A stretch of DNA of 64,000 nt from a bacterium (GTDB lineage: Bacteria; Bacillota_I; Bacilli_A; RF39; UBA660), in contig JAUNFS010000002.1 of the NCBI GenBank assembly GCA_030524925.1, positions 2,202-66,201 of the forward strand, given 5' to 3'. Every line of letters begins with the position of its first letter. The first letter of the stretch is position 1. Of the stretch, positions 51,540 through 63,100 are shown one piece after another. The notes under the pieces were generated by a model. It was not told the DNA's origin. It searched no databases and saw only the letters and a program-made list of their open reading frames with translations. The position numbers and the translations under genes are program-made.

Positions 51540-52735
51540 TATTCTATCATTTCTTTCATTATTTTATCTTTATTGCTTAACAGTTCTACTAGAGCGTCTA
51601 GTTCTTCATAAGTATTATAGAAATATAAGCTTACTCTTACAGTGTTTTTAACACCAATTGATTTTTTTAAGATTTTAGCACAGTGGTTTCCTGCTCTTAC
51701 GCAGATGTTATATTTATTTAGGTAGTAAGCAACGTCTTGACTAAAGATGCCTTCTACATTGAATGCTACAATGCCACTGTCTGCTTCTTCGTTTACAATA
51801 TTTATATATGGTATTTGTTTTAATTTGTTTGTTAGATATTCTTTTAGTTTTTGTTCGTAAATTGCTATTTTGTCCATACCAATGTTACTTAAGTATTTAA
51901 CTGCTTCTCCTAAGCCAATAGTGCCAGCGATGTTAGGTGTTCCAGCTTCTAATCTATGCGGTATTTCTTTTAGGTAGATTTCATTTTCATTGTCAAATGA
52001 TTCATTCATTCCACCACCAAGAATTAAAGGTTCTATGTTATTTAGTAGTTCTCTTTTGGCGTATAAGACTCCGATACCAGTTGGTCCACACATTTTATGA
52101 CCTGAGAATGCTAGGAAATCTATCCCAGTTTCTTTAACGTTTACACTTTTATGTGGTACGCTTTGAGCTCCATCTACTACTACAAAGATGTTGTTTTCAT
52201 GGGCAAAATCAGTGATTTCTTTAATTGGTCTTACGTCACCTACAACGTTAGTTATTTCAGCAATTGCAATTACTTTAGTTTTTGGAGTTACAACAGTCTT
52301 TAAGTTTTCTAAAGTTACGTGAAGGTTGCTATCTAATGGTATGTAATTAATTTTTAAGTTATGTTTATTTGCTAATCTAAACCATGGTAAAACGTTACTG
52401 GCATGTTCAGCGTTAGTAATTATTATTTCGTCTCCTGGTTCTAAAAGATTATCAAAAAATCCTGTTGCTATATAGTTTAAACTTGCTGTGTCTCCTGAAG
52501 TAAAGACTATTTCATCGATATCGGCTCCAATAAATTCGGCTACGGTTTTTCTAGCGTTTTCGTATTCAACGTCTACTATGTAACTAATACTATAATCGCC
52601 TCTATGAGCATTAGCACTGTATTTTTCGTAGTATTCATTCATTTTATCTATTACACACTGTGGTTTAAAGGTTGTTGCTCCATTATCTAAATATATTATG
52701 TCTTGGTTTAACATTGGAAAATCTTCGCGATGCAT
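51539..52735 (-). CDS. sufS: cysteine desulfurase (SufS-like, class V aminotransferase)
   Basis: PLP lysine region FSGHKMCGPTG and C-terminal catalytic Cys region RAGNHCA. Confidence 0.9.
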   Translation of the reverse strand: MHREDFPMLNQDIIYLDNGATTFKPQCVIDKMNEYYEKYSANAHRGDYSISYIVDVEYENARKTVAEFIGADIDEIVFTSGDTASLNYIATGFFDNLLEPGDEIIITNAEHASNVLPWFRLANKHNLKINYIPLDSNLHVTLENLKTVVTPKTKVIAIAEITNVVGDVRPIKEITDFAHENNIFVVVDGAQSVPHKSVNVKETGIDFLAFSGHKMCGPTGIGVLYAKRELLNNIEPLILGGGMNESFDNENEIYLKEIPHRLEAGTPNIAGTIGLGEAVKYLSNIGMDKIAIYEQKLKEYLTNKLKQIPYINIVNEEADSGIVAFNVEGIFSQDVAYYLNKYNICVRAGNHCAKILKKSIGVKNTVRVSLYFYNTYEELDALVELLSNKDKIMKEMIE

Positions 52736-53419
52736 TTATATCACCTCCGTTTTTATTAATTCTTTTATTTTGGTTTGTAATTTAAGATCACTTATTGTTT
52801 TAATTAGATGCCCAGTTAAGATTAGTTCTTTAGCACTTTCTTTATCTATTCCTTTACTCATCAAATATTTTAATTCACTGCTGGGTACTGAAGAAATAGT
52901 AACGTTATGATTAGCACTTACTTTACCAGTTTGGATTAACATATTTGGTATTACTACGGTTTTGCCATTATCAATATTAATTATTCTAGCATTTTCTAGT
53001 AGTTCATTGTTTACTTTATTTTTATTTATGTAGCCATCAATATTTATCACAGTGTTTTCCTTATTTATTCCAAAAAGATTAATGGTTAGTTTTGAATTTT
53101 CATTTAAAAAATTAGATATAATGTTTAATTTATATTCATCTTTGGTAATAAATGAGTGGTTTAAGGTAAGTGCTGCATTTTCTTCTAATTCTATATTGAT
53201 GTTTGTTTCGGCTTTTTCTATAATATTAAAATAGTTTATTTCTAAATGAGCATTTTTTTTGACAGTTATTTTTAAGTCGTTTATAGGACTACTACAAATG
53301 TTTATTTGGGCATCATTTAAAACTTCTAAAGATTTTATTTCTTTTTGATAAATATATAAATTACTTTTTAATAATTTAACATTATCTAATACTATATTAT
53401 TCTCTTTCATTATTATCAC
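52736..53419 (-). CDS. sufD: short SufB/SufD-family protein (227 aa)
   Basis: Beta-helix-like repeats and position between sufC and sufS. Much shorter than canonical SufB/SufD (~430-470 aa). Confidence 0.55.
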   Translation of the reverse strand: MIIMKENNIVLDNVKLLKSNLYIYQKEIKSLEVLNDAQINICSSPINDLKITVKKNAHLEINYFNIIEKAETNINIELEENAALTLNHSFITKDEYKLNIISNFLNENSKLTINLFGINKENTVINIDGYINKNKVNNELLENARIINIDNGKTVVIPNMLIQTGKVSANHNVTISSVPSSELKYLMSKGIDKESAKELILTGHLIKTISDLKLQTKIKELIKTEVI

Positions 53420-54161
53420 TTACTTTATTTGTACTAGAAAAAGCACTATATCCTTCTTTTTCAATTTTTTCTGCAAGTTCTTGACCACCTTCTGAGACGA
53501 TAGTACCATCTTTGATGATGTGAATGTGTGTGGCATTTAGTTTTTCTACTAAATCTTTATGATGAGTAATTAAGAGAATACCACACTCGTGAGTGTTAAA
53601 ATATTCGTTTAGATTTTGACATACGATGTTTAGGCTGTCAACGTCTAGGCCACTATCTAGTTCATCTAGAATTATTAGTTTTGGTTCTAGCATCCAAAGG
53701 TGTAGAAGCTCACATTTTTTTCTTTCGCCGCCACTCATTCCTTCATTTATGCCACGATGAATGAAACTATGTGGGATGTGAAGTTTGTCACAGTACTCTT
53801 CCATTTTTTTATTAAATTCAAAGATAGGAACGTTTTTGCCTGTTTTGATACTGATGGCTCTTCTTAACATTTCGGCGTTGGTTACACCTGGTATTTCAAT
53901 AGGACTTTGATCTACTAAATAGATGCCTTTAAGAGCTCTTTCATTAGTTTTTATATTCTCTAAGTCTTCTCCATTAAAGTAAATATTACCGTTTGTTATT
54001 TTGTAGTCTTCACTACCCATAATCGTTTTACAGATGGTGCTTTTTCCTATTCCATTAGGGCCCATAATTGCATGAATTTCACCTTTATTGATGTTTAAAT
54101 TAAAGTTATGTAAAATATTTTTATTATCTATATTAACACTTAAATTTACTATCTTAAGCAT
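53397..54161 (-). CDS. sufC: Fe-S cluster assembly ATPase SufC
   Basis: Walker A GPNGIGKST, signature MSGGERKKCE, and Walker B ILDELDSGLD. Start at the ATG with AAGAGGA RBS. Confidence 0.85.
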   Translation of the reverse strand: MLKIVNLSVNIDNKNILHNFNLNINKGEIHAIMGPNGIGKSTICKTIMGSEDYKITNGNIYFNGEDLENIKTNERALKGIYLVDQSPIEIPGVTNAEMLRRAISIKTGKNVPIFEFNKKMEEYCDKLHIPHSFIHRGINEGMSGGERKKCELLHLWMLEPKLIILDELDSGLDVDSLNIVCQNLNEYFNTHECGILLITHHKDLVEKLNATHIHIIKDGTIVSEGGQELAEKIEKEGYSAFSSTNKVSDNNERE

Positions 54162-54269
54162 ATTAATTCCTCTTTTCCTATAAACCGTAATTATTGTAGC
54201 AAAAATTGAATTAATTTTCAATTATTTAGAGATAAGAAAAAGGACTAAAAATCTTTAATCCTTTCGTTA

Positions 54270-56525
54270 TTATTCTTCGGGTTTATTTTCTATTTTAACT
54301 AAGACTTCTCTTGGTTTTGAACCGTTTGGACCTCCAATTATTCCTCTTTCTTCTAATAGGTCAATGATTCTAGCTGCACGGTTGTAGCCGAATCTAAATC
54401 TTCTTTGAATTAGTGAAGCACTGATCTTACCGGTTTGAATAGCAAAGTCTACTACTTCGTTGTACATTGGGTCATCATATTCTTCTTTAGGACTATCAGC
54501 TCCAGCCATGTGATCATCTGGCACTTCGGTAATTGAGTTGTCGTATTTAGCTAGCTGCTCATGAGATACATAGTCTATTAATCGTTCTATTTCTTCGTCA
54601 GAAATGAATGTACCTTGAATACGTGTTGGGGTGTTTTCACCCATTGGTAAGTATAACATATCACCTTTTCCTAGTAGTTTTTCCGCACCGGCGGCATCTA
54701 GGATTGTACGAGAGTCAATTTGACTTGCTACGGCAAAGCTAATTCTTGATGGAATATTGGCTTTTACAACACCAGTGATAACGTCAGTTGATGGTCTTTG
54801 GGTTGCAACGATTAAATGAATACCAGCAGCACGAGCCATTTGGGTAATACGCATAATTGAGTCTTCTACTTCTTTGGCAGCAACTAACATTAGGTCAGCA
54901 AGTTCATCAATGATTACTACTATATATGGTAGTTTTGGAACGTTTACATCATTCCCTTTATTTTTCTTTTCAATAAGTTCGTTATAAGTTTTAATATTCT
55001 TGGCGCCAGCTTCACTAAATAGATCGTACCTTCTTTCCATTTCAATTACAATCTTTTGAAGAGCAACGTTGGCTTTTTTAGGATCGGTTACAACTGGACA
55101 TAGTAAGTGTGGTACTCCGTTATAGTTAGATAGTTCTACTTTTTTAGGGTCTACTAGTACTAGTTTGATTTCATCAGGTTTCATGAACATTAAGATTGAG
55201 GCGATGAAACTATTAATACATACAGATTTACCACTACCAGTAGAACCAGCTACTAGTAAGTGAGGCATTTTTGAGATGTCACCACAGCAGGTTCTTCCCA
55301 TTAGGTCTTTGCCTAGGGCCACTAGGATTTTAGCATCAGCCATATTTTTAGGAATGCTATTTAAGACTTCTCTAAGAGGAACAGATGCAATATTTCTGTT
55401 TGGTATTTCAATTCCGACAGTACTTTTGCCAGGAATTGGTGCTTCTATTCTAACATCTTTGGCAGCCAGTGCTAGAGCAATTTCTTTATTGATACTAGTT
55501 ATTCTACTTACTTTAGTACCAGCTTTAATTTCTACTTCAAACTGAGTTACAGCTGGGCCCTCATGAATAGCGACTACTTTACCAGTTATTTGGAAGTCAC
55601 TTAATGCTTTCTCAAGAGCAATACGGTTCTGATTTAAGAATTCTGTGGTATTGCCTTTAGTACTTTTCTTAACTGGATTTAAAATGTCTAATGATGGTAG
55701 TTTGTATTCACCTGCTTGAGCAGGCGTATTATCTACGGTAATGGCTGTTTTAGGTTCTTTTTCAGGCTCTTCAGTATGATAATTTTTTAAGTCTTCTGAA
55801 CTGGTAATAATGACTTTTGATTCTTCTTTTACATCTACTGTGTCAGGTTCACTGTGAGTTATGATAGCTCCAGTTTCATCATCATCGTCTGATGGCTTAA
55901 ATAAACTTGATTCTGATACACCTTTATTAATCTTTTTAAAGATATTACCAATTTTCTTGAACATGTTACCAAATGATAAATCAAATAACATAAATAGTCC
56001 AAATGCACCAAGAACGCCTAGGATTATATAAGTTCCTTTGATATCAAAAAGATTTACTAGTCCCCAAGCAAAGAAAGCACCAATGATGCCACCGCCAGTT
56101 TGGCCAATATTTAAGTAGTTTGTATCACTAATTGTGGTCATGAAATTATTGATGGTATTTTGGAAAACATCACTAGTTTTAATTTTTGCTGCATCATTAA
56201 TATAATCTATATGAGAAAACGCTAAAAGTGCAATTAAAGCAATGTATAAACCAATTAATCTACCACTAAAGAATTTTGGAGGTTCTCTTTTAATAATCAT
56301 AAATAAGCCTAAGATAAGTAAAATTATGATAAATATTGACCACCAAGTTCCCATTAAAAAGATAGAAAATGATTTAACAATATGTCCGACAGGGCCAAAG
56401 TTACCTATCCCGATTATACTTACTAAGACAAGGATAAGACCAGTTAGCTCTGAACTAAATTTTACTTTACCTTCATCACTGTTTTTACGTTTTTTCTTCT
56501 TTGCCATACTATTCACCATATCCAT
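54270..56525 (-). CDS. ftsK: DNA translocase FtsK
   Basis: N-terminal TM helices, a linker, then a motor domain with LLVAGSTGSGKSV Walker A and DELADLM Walker B. C-terminal gamma-domain-like ASLIQRRFRFGYNRAARIIDLLEERGII. Confidence 0.9.
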   Translation of the reverse strand: MDMVNSMAKKKKRKNSDEGKVKFSSELTGLILVLVSIIGIGNFGPVGHIVKSFSIFLMGTWWSIFIIILLILGLFMIIKREPPKFFSGRLIGLYIALIALLAFSHIDYINDAAKIKTSDVFQNTINNFMTTISDTNYLNIGQTGGGIIGAFFAWGLVNLFDIKGTYIILGVLGAFGLFMLFDLSFGNMFKKIGNIFKKINKGVSESSLFKPSDDDDETGAIITHSEPDTVDVKEESKVIITSSEDLKNYHTEEPEKEPKTAITVDNTPAQAGEYKLPSLDILNPVKKSTKGNTTEFLNQNRIALEKALSDFQITGKVVAIHEGPAVTQFEVEIKAGTKVSRITSINKEIALALAAKDVRIEAPIPGKSTVGIEIPNRNIASVPLREVLNSIPKNMADAKILVALGKDLMGRTCCGDISKMPHLLVAGSTGSGKSVCINSFIASILMFMKPDEIKLVLVDPKKVELSNYNGVPHLLCPVVTDPKKANVALQKIVIEMERRYDLFSEAGAKNIKTYNELIEKKNKGNDVNVPKLPYIVVIIDELADLMLVAAKEVEDSIMRITQMARAAGIHLIVATQRPSTDVITGVVKANIPSRISFAVASQIDSRTILDAAGAEKLLGKGDMLYLPMGENTPTRIQGTFISDEEIERLIDYVSHEQLAKYDNSITEVPDDHMAGADSPKEEYDDPMYNEVVDFAIQTGKISASLIQRRFRFGYNRAARIIDLLEERGIIGGPNGSKPREVLVKIENKPEE

Positions 56526-56580
56526 TGTACTAAATTTATTTAAAAAAATCTAGATTAAAGCGACTATTATTGACTGGGAT

Positions 56581-59500
56581 TTATTTTTTAAATGTACTTA
56601 AGTTTTTTTCTTGGCGAAGATGTTTTTTTATTTCGGCTTTCATATCATTAAAAATTTGCTCAAAATTAGAATTAGCGACTTGTTCTTTTTCTCTTATGAT
56701 TGAGCTTTCAATTGGTATTTGCTCACCAGTAGGTTCTGCTAAAACTATTCTTATACTTTTACCAGTAAAACCATCAAAAGCAGTTATGTTAACGATATAT
56801 TGTCTTAAAAAACTATTTAGAGCTGTTTTATCATTTAAGATTTTGGAATTTTCATAATCATTAAATGTGATAGTTACGTCCCTACTATGGTTAACTCTAA
56901 AGATAGTAAAACTTTTTAGTTCGGTAGGTATTTCCACGGTGAGATTTGAAGAATTTGAAAAATGGTTCAGAATATATAGATGATCTATTTCTTTATTTAG
57001 AATAATTTTATTTACTGCAGAAATATCCCCATTGAAGCTTGTAGGTCCATCTAATATGATTTCACTTAGTCCGTTTGGTAGTGTTATAGTGCTAGGCTTA
57101 TATTTTCTTAATTTATATATTGTGATTTGTTCCACTGGGTTATTATATGCTGGTTTCATTCTAAAAACTTTTATTCCTGGAAGAATAAACTCTTTTTCAT
57201 TTGGTACTAATGACGGAGATAATACATTATAGAAATTGTATATTTTATATAAAGATTCTCCTAACACGTCAAGCCGTTTTTCTTGTGGAACGCTATCAAT
57301 GAGTTTTAATAATGTTAACAACGGAATTTCATCACAAAAGTGTTCATCGTAAGTGATTTCTTTTAGTAATTTTGTACAATCTTGATTTTTGATTTTGATA
57401 TTTTGAAAAAGTTCAATAATTCTTTCTAGTGGATTGGGATAATTTAGTGCGTTATAGAATTCTAATAACATCTGATTATTTAGTATATCATCTTGAATGT
57501 TATTTTCATCTTTAGTAAAGAATAAACTTTTATAAGCTACCTCTAGTCTTAGTGCGTCATTATGAGTTATTGCTTTGCTTGTAAGTTTCTTTTTTAATAG
57601 TTCTTCTTGATCAATATTCCCATATGAAAGAGTTTGATTATTTGATATTTTGTTTTTCATTATTTCTTTGATGATTTCAACTGTTTGAGGTGATAAATCA
57701 TTTAATGAAGTGATACCACTTTCATAACTGGCTATTGCATAATTAAAATACTCTTCTACTATACTTTTAAATTTATTTTTATCTATTAGTCCTAGACTTA
57801 CTAAGATTTCTAATTTTTGGAGATGTTTTTTGACGTCATCTTTAGTTGTTTGATTATTTTGAGATTTTTGAAAAGACACTTTATATTCACTAATAATTGC
57901 AGAAGGCAGATTGATGCTAGATGCTTTTTTAACAATATTTTGATAAAGATCGTAAATGTCTTTTGTTTTATATGTTAGTTTTATTTTAGGATTTATTTCT
58001 ATTCCAAGTGCCTTAGCATAATTTATTAGTTTATTGTATATTTCTTTAAGTTTGCCTCTAAACATTTTATAAATTTTAAAAATATAGTCTTTGTTTGAGT
58101 AATCTATTGCTCGTTCAAGTTCTTTGCGTGGTATCTCCTTAGTATCAATAGTAAAATTTAAAACTTCAACTGGATAATTAAAGTGAAATTTTGATTGCTG
58201 AAGAAATAATGTTTCGGTCATATCACATTCTTTTAGAAGTTCTATGAAGCCTTCTTGAGTTTCAAGAACTTCACAATCAAGGTAATTATTAAATACCCAA
58301 TCATGTGGTGGGTGTGATAAACTAATTTTTTTGATTGTTGAAGGAAATTCAATGGTGTCAAATTGCATTTCTCTTGTGGAAATGAATTCTTTTAATCCTT
58401 CGTTAAATTTTAGCTTAAGGTCAAGATTTACTAGTTTATCAAATGTCACTTCATAATACATTTTGGAAAATGCATCTAGATTAATTTTATTTAAAGAGCT
58501 TGGAAATTCAATTGGTGTATTATCGTATTTTAATCTTTCTATAAATGGGTTAAAAATCTCGCTGTAGTAGATTAAAACTGGTGTATGTAATAACGTCGCA
58601 TAATCGTCACTAATATATTTGACACCGTTTGGTATTTCTCTATTAGTTTTGGTGTTTAAAATTGTTTTAAAGATTAATGAATAAAGCTGAACTAAAGCGT
58701 AAAGTTTTTGGTTGCTTTTTATAAACTGAGCAGTATTAGATTTCATAAATACTATTACCATTTCTTGTTTGGTTTCATTTTTTGGCACTTCTACTTCATT
58801 TGATAGAAAACTCATAAAAGTAGATAATGGTATTTGATCTGAAAAATCAAAGGTTTTTAAGTCGTTAATATATACATAAATATTTCTACTTTCTACTAGG
58901 TAATTATCAAAGAAACTTGTAATAAGATCCGGGGATGAAATGCTAGCTAAAAGTGCAAGTTTAAATGGTGTATTAAAAATGTCACTAGCACTAAATTCGC
59001 CACTATTATTTGTAATTATTTGTTTTAGAAGGCGAACTAGTCTCTCATATTCATTTACTCGAATAGTTCCATTATTTTCTTCTGATGTGCTTTTATAAGA
59101 GTCATAGATTTTATCTGCTGGGTCTTTTGATATTACATTAATTAGCTTGAGTAGAATGGTCTCTAAGCTTGCTTGCTCTTCTTTGAAGAATGAATCAAAT
59201 GATATTCCATTATAGTCATTACTTATTGCAAGATTACATAAGATGTTAAATTTGGTATTAAATAATTTTTCTTTTAAGTTATCTATTTTTTGATACCCTA
59301 ATTCTTCTATACCGATACATTTAGCAATTAGTTTGTCTAGTTTTTCTAGTTGTTCTTTTGGTGGAAGATTAGATGATAGAAGTTTTGTTAAATCTTCACT
59401 TATAGTGTTTGCCAGGTGACTATCGTTATATATTTCATCTTCTATTTGAACTGTGGCTTTAGCAATGCTAACTGGAGTTATTTCATTTAAGCTAATGTCA

Positions 59501-60117
59501 AACCCTTCAATAATTTTTTCGTACCTTTTTAGAGTAACTTCGTTTTCTTCTTTAGGCAGGTTTAGTGATTTTATCCTATCTTTTAAAGTGGTTATTTCTA
59601 GTAAGTTACCAGTTATGGCATTTTGCATGCTGATAATTTGGATTTCAATTTGACTTATTAAGTTCTTTATTGTATTTTTCTTATTCAGAGACATGAATGG
59701 ATTTCTTTTTAGAATATTTTCTAAAGCTGCTTTTTTAAGAAATAAGTTATTGATATGGTTTACGATAAGTGTGTGATAAAGCTTTTGTTTTTCTTCTAAA
59801 ATAGATAAATAAGTGTGTTCTTTTTTATCACTTTGATTTATGGGATCTAGAATAAAGTCTATTTCTAAGTTAATTTTTGTTAGTTTGTTTATATAGTGAT
59901 GTAAATATTTATCATCTTCTAGTTTTAAATCTAGTGATGTTAAGGTTTTATTTTGGTTAAGCTTAGCTAGATATACTCTTTCGTAAGTTTTAATTTCATT
60001 TTTATTTTCATGATAAAAATCTTCATTTGGTTTATAAATGAAGACTTTACCGGTTGTTATAAAATTGGTATTTGTATTAATTTTTTCTTTTTTAAATAGT
60101 TTACTAAATAGCCCCAT
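56581..60117 (-). CDS. giant cytoplasmic-type protein (1178 aa), tandem paralog A
   Basis: No signal peptide. Coiled-coil-rich N-terminal third. C-terminal half has beta-rich segments with possible BspA-like LRR_5 units (TIEFPSTIKKIS, ITLPNGLSEII). AAGGAGA RBS. Starts 48 bp after paralog B. Confidence 0.5.
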   Translation of the reverse strand: MGLFSKLFKKEKINTNTNFITTGKVFIYKPNEDFYHENKNEIKTYERVYLAKLNQNKTLTSLDLKLEDDKYLHHYINKLTKINLEIDFILDPINQSDKKEHTYLSILEEKQKLYHTLIVNHINNLFLKKAALENILKRNPFMSLNKKNTIKNLISQIEIQIISMQNAITGNLLEITTLKDRIKSLNLPKEENEVTLKRYEKIIEGFDISLNEITPVSIAKATVQIEDEIYNDSHLANTISEDLTKLLSSNLPPKEQLEKLDKLIAKCIGIEELGYQKIDNLKEKLFNTKFNILCNLAISNDYNGISFDSFFKEEQASLETILLKLINVISKDPADKIYDSYKSTSEENNGTIRVNEYERLVRLLKQIITNNSGEFSASDIFNTPFKLALLASISSPDLITSFFDNYLVESRNIYVYINDLKTFDFSDQIPLSTFMSFLSNEVEVPKNETKQEMVIVFMKSNTAQFIKSNQKLYALVQLYSLIFKTILNTKTNREIPNGVKYISDDYATLLHTPVLIYYSEIFNPFIERLKYDNTPIEFPSSLNKINLDAFSKMYYEVTFDKLVNLDLKLKFNEGLKEFISTREMQFDTIEFPSTIKKISLSHPPHDWVFNNYLDCEVLETQEGFIELLKECDMTETLFLQQSKFHFNYPVEVLNFTIDTKEIPRKELERAIDYSNKDYIFKIYKMFRGKLKEIYNKLINYAKALGIEINPKIKLTYKTKDIYDLYQNIVKKASSINLPSAIISEYKVSFQKSQNNQTTKDDVKKHLQKLEILVSLGLIDKNKFKSIVEEYFNYAIASYESGITSLNDLSPQTVEIIKEIMKNKISNNQTLSYGNIDQEELLKKKLTSKAITHNDALRLEVAYKSLFFTKDENNIQDDILNNQMLLEFYNALNYPNPLERIIELFQNIKIKNQDCTKLLKEITYDEHFCDEIPLLTLLKLIDSVPQEKRLDVLGESLYKIYNFYNVLSPSLVPNEKEFILPGIKVFRMKPAYNNPVEQITIYKLRKYKPSTITLPNGLSEIILDGPTSFNGDISAVNKIILNKEIDHLYILNHFSNSSNLTVEIPTELKSFTIFRVNHSRDVTITFNDYENSKILNDKTALNSFLRQYIVNITAFDGFTGKSIRIVLAEPTGEQIPIESSIIREKEQVANSNFEQIFNDMKAEIKKHLRQEKNLSTFKK
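59130..60117 (-). repeat. ~1-kb 5' segment of paralog A, near-identical to 62710-63696 in paralog B
   Basis: Long stretches are identical (for example 59920-60070 vs 63500-63650). The protein N-termini are >90% identical for ~325 aa, after which the proteins diverge. Confidence 0.75.
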
Positions 60118-60165
60118 AGTTAAGTCTCCTTTAGTAATTTTATTTTATCATAATGTATTATTATT

Positions 60166-63100
60166 TTAAAGTGATGCGCTTTTGGTATTACTTTTGTTTA
60201 AATGTTTTTTTATTTCCTCAATTAGTATTTGCTGCTGATATTTTTTATCAGGATTAAATTTGGCTTTTGCTTCTATATCTTGCCTTGTTATTACTACTGG
60301 CTCAGCGCCTTCTTGTTTTAAGACTATTTCGCTTTGAGCACTAAATTCGTTTAAAAAACTATGAGCAATACAAGAAAGTATGTGGGGCGAGTTTAAGATT
60401 TCCGAATTTTGATAGTCAATAAATTCTAAGGAAATGTTGTTGCCTGGAGCGATAATGTCGTGACTTTTTATGTTTGGTGGAATCACAATTGTGGTTTTAA
60501 ATATAGAATTTCCTGTTCGTGGCTTTGATAATGAAATAAATCCAACATCATCAGTTAAAGTAATTTTAGATATTCTTTCAAAAGGGTTTCCATTATCAAA
60601 AGAATTTTCATTTTTTAAAGCATTAAAATAGTCTAATCCAGGAAAAAATTTTATGCTTTTGGTTTTTGATTTGTTAAAAAGTTTCGCAGAATAATTATAA
60701 AGGTATTTGCAACTGTTATTAAATATGAAATCTTTTATTCCAGGAGGAATTATTTCTTCCTCGTCAACTGGTAAATATGCTTTTAATTCATTATATAAAT
60801 CTAGTAAATTTAATATAGTTTCTCCTTCAAATGGTTTTAAGTCTTTTTTAGGTACTTCGTTTAATAATTTAAGTACAGTAAGTACTGGTACTTTATTACA
60901 AAAATAGTAGCTATCGGCAATATTTCCTAAGAGTACTCTATATGCTTTTTTACTAATTGTTATAGTATTTAATGATTTAATAAAATTAGCAATAGGAGTT
61001 GGCTTTATTAGTGCACTTAAAAGTTCTAATAATATAGGTGAATAGATTACTTCAACTTTAGTTTTTGGCGATAAAGAACTTTTTAAAAAGATAATGTTAA
61101 TCTTGGATTTTATTTTCTTAACTGCATTTGGATCTATTTTTTTCGTAATTAAGCCGGTCTCTATTAGCGATTCTTGACTAGCCTCATCTAAATAATTTTT
61201 GCTGGCACTAGATAATTCTTCATCCATTGCATTTAATATGTTTTCTTTTAAAGTTGTATTAACAACACTTATAGAAAGTTCATTAATTATTTGAGTACCT
61301 CTTTCGTAATTTTTAAGTATGCTTATAATCACATTTTTTGTAACAGCTTTAAAGGTATTACTTGACATTAAGCCTAATTCATTTAGAACTTCAGCTTTTT
61401 TTAAGAGTTTTAGTTTATTATCTTTTGTTTCATTTGTATTATCTAGATTATTGCTTGATGTTATAATTTCATTTGTTAAATTACTTGCAGATTTAATAAT
61501 TTTATTATAAAGATTTTTAATATCCTCTATGCTGAATTCACTAGTTTTGCTATTTAAATCTAATGGTAGTTCTAGGATATTTGCTAGTTCAGATAATCTT
61601 TTATAAACTTCTTCTAATTTAGAATTAAACAATTTATATATTTTATCTTTTAGTTTAGTTCCAGTTTCTTTATCATAACCAATTAATTCTTCAAATTCAT
61701 GAGCATACATCGTAAAATCAAATATTGGCAAGTGATGTTTAAATTCTATGCCACAACCATATTTAATAAAATCATGCCATGGAATACCGTCAAATAGTTT
61801 CATAAATTTTTCTTTAGATGATAAAGCGTCACAATTTAGATAGTTATTAAATTCCATATTTGCTTGAAAACCACTTATTTCAGTTATTGTTGAGGGAAGC
61901 TGTACAAGACTTAGTTGGACTGGCATACTATATTTGTTTGATAAACTAATAAATTTTTTAGTTCCTTCTTGTAATTGTATAGTAAGCTGGCTTTTTATAA
62001 AGTCATAACTATAGCTTAAAAAACCTGGTAGTCTATATAGACTTATGTCAATGCTTTCTAAGGATTTAGGACAGCAAAGCGTTGGAGTATCAGGATATGT
62101 TTTAATGCAAGAATATAGTTTGGTATAAAGATAAAAGATATTAGCTGAAGAAATTTTGTCTGATGTCCTAATGTTTTTTACGCCTTCTGGCATTTGTCTA
62201 TATGTACCAGAAATTCTTATTATTCTATATAAAAGTTCATATAATTTAATAAGACTACGGAGTTTTTGGTTTTTTGAAATCTTTTCAAAACCTAACTTGA
62301 TAATGTCTTCTTCTTTTTCATCCTTGTTAAGAGTAGTAAATTTATCTAAGTTATTTGGCTCTTTAAATAGTAATTCATTTGATAAAATTTTTAGAAATGA
62401 ACTTAACGGTAAATTCTCAGTGTATTCTATATAATCATTTTTGCTAATGTAATTAAAAAGTTCACTACTTTTTACTAAATGGTTATTAAAATAACTTATT
62501 AGCTGATTTGGTTCGCTTATTCTAGCAAGAAGCGCAAGTTTAAATGGTTTATTAAAAATATCTTTTGCAGAAAAGTCGCCATTTTTATCAGTAATGATTT
62601 CTTTTAGTATTTTGATTAGATCATTATAAATAACAGAATTCATTTCACTTGCATTTTGTTTTGCAGCTTTGTCGTACGCATTATAAATTTCTTTGCTTGG
62701 GTCTTTTGATATTACATTAATTAGATTAAGAAGAATGGTTTCTAAGCTTGCCTGCTCTTCTTTGAAGAAAGAGTCAAATGATATGCCATTATAGTCATTA
62801 CTTATTGCAAGGTTACATAAGATGTTGAATTTGGCTTTAAATAATTTTTCTTTTAAGTTATCTATTTTTTGATACCCTAATTCTTCTATACCGATACATT
62901 TAGCAATTAGTTTGTCTAGTTTTGTTAATGTTTCTTTTGGTGGAAGATTAGATGATAAAAGTTTTGTTAGATCTTCACTTATAGTGTTTGCTAGATGACT
63001 ATCGTTATATATTTCGTCTTCTATTTGAACAGTTGCTTTAGCGATAGTAACTAGGGTTATTTCACTTAAGTTAATATCAAACCCTTCAATGATTTTTTTG

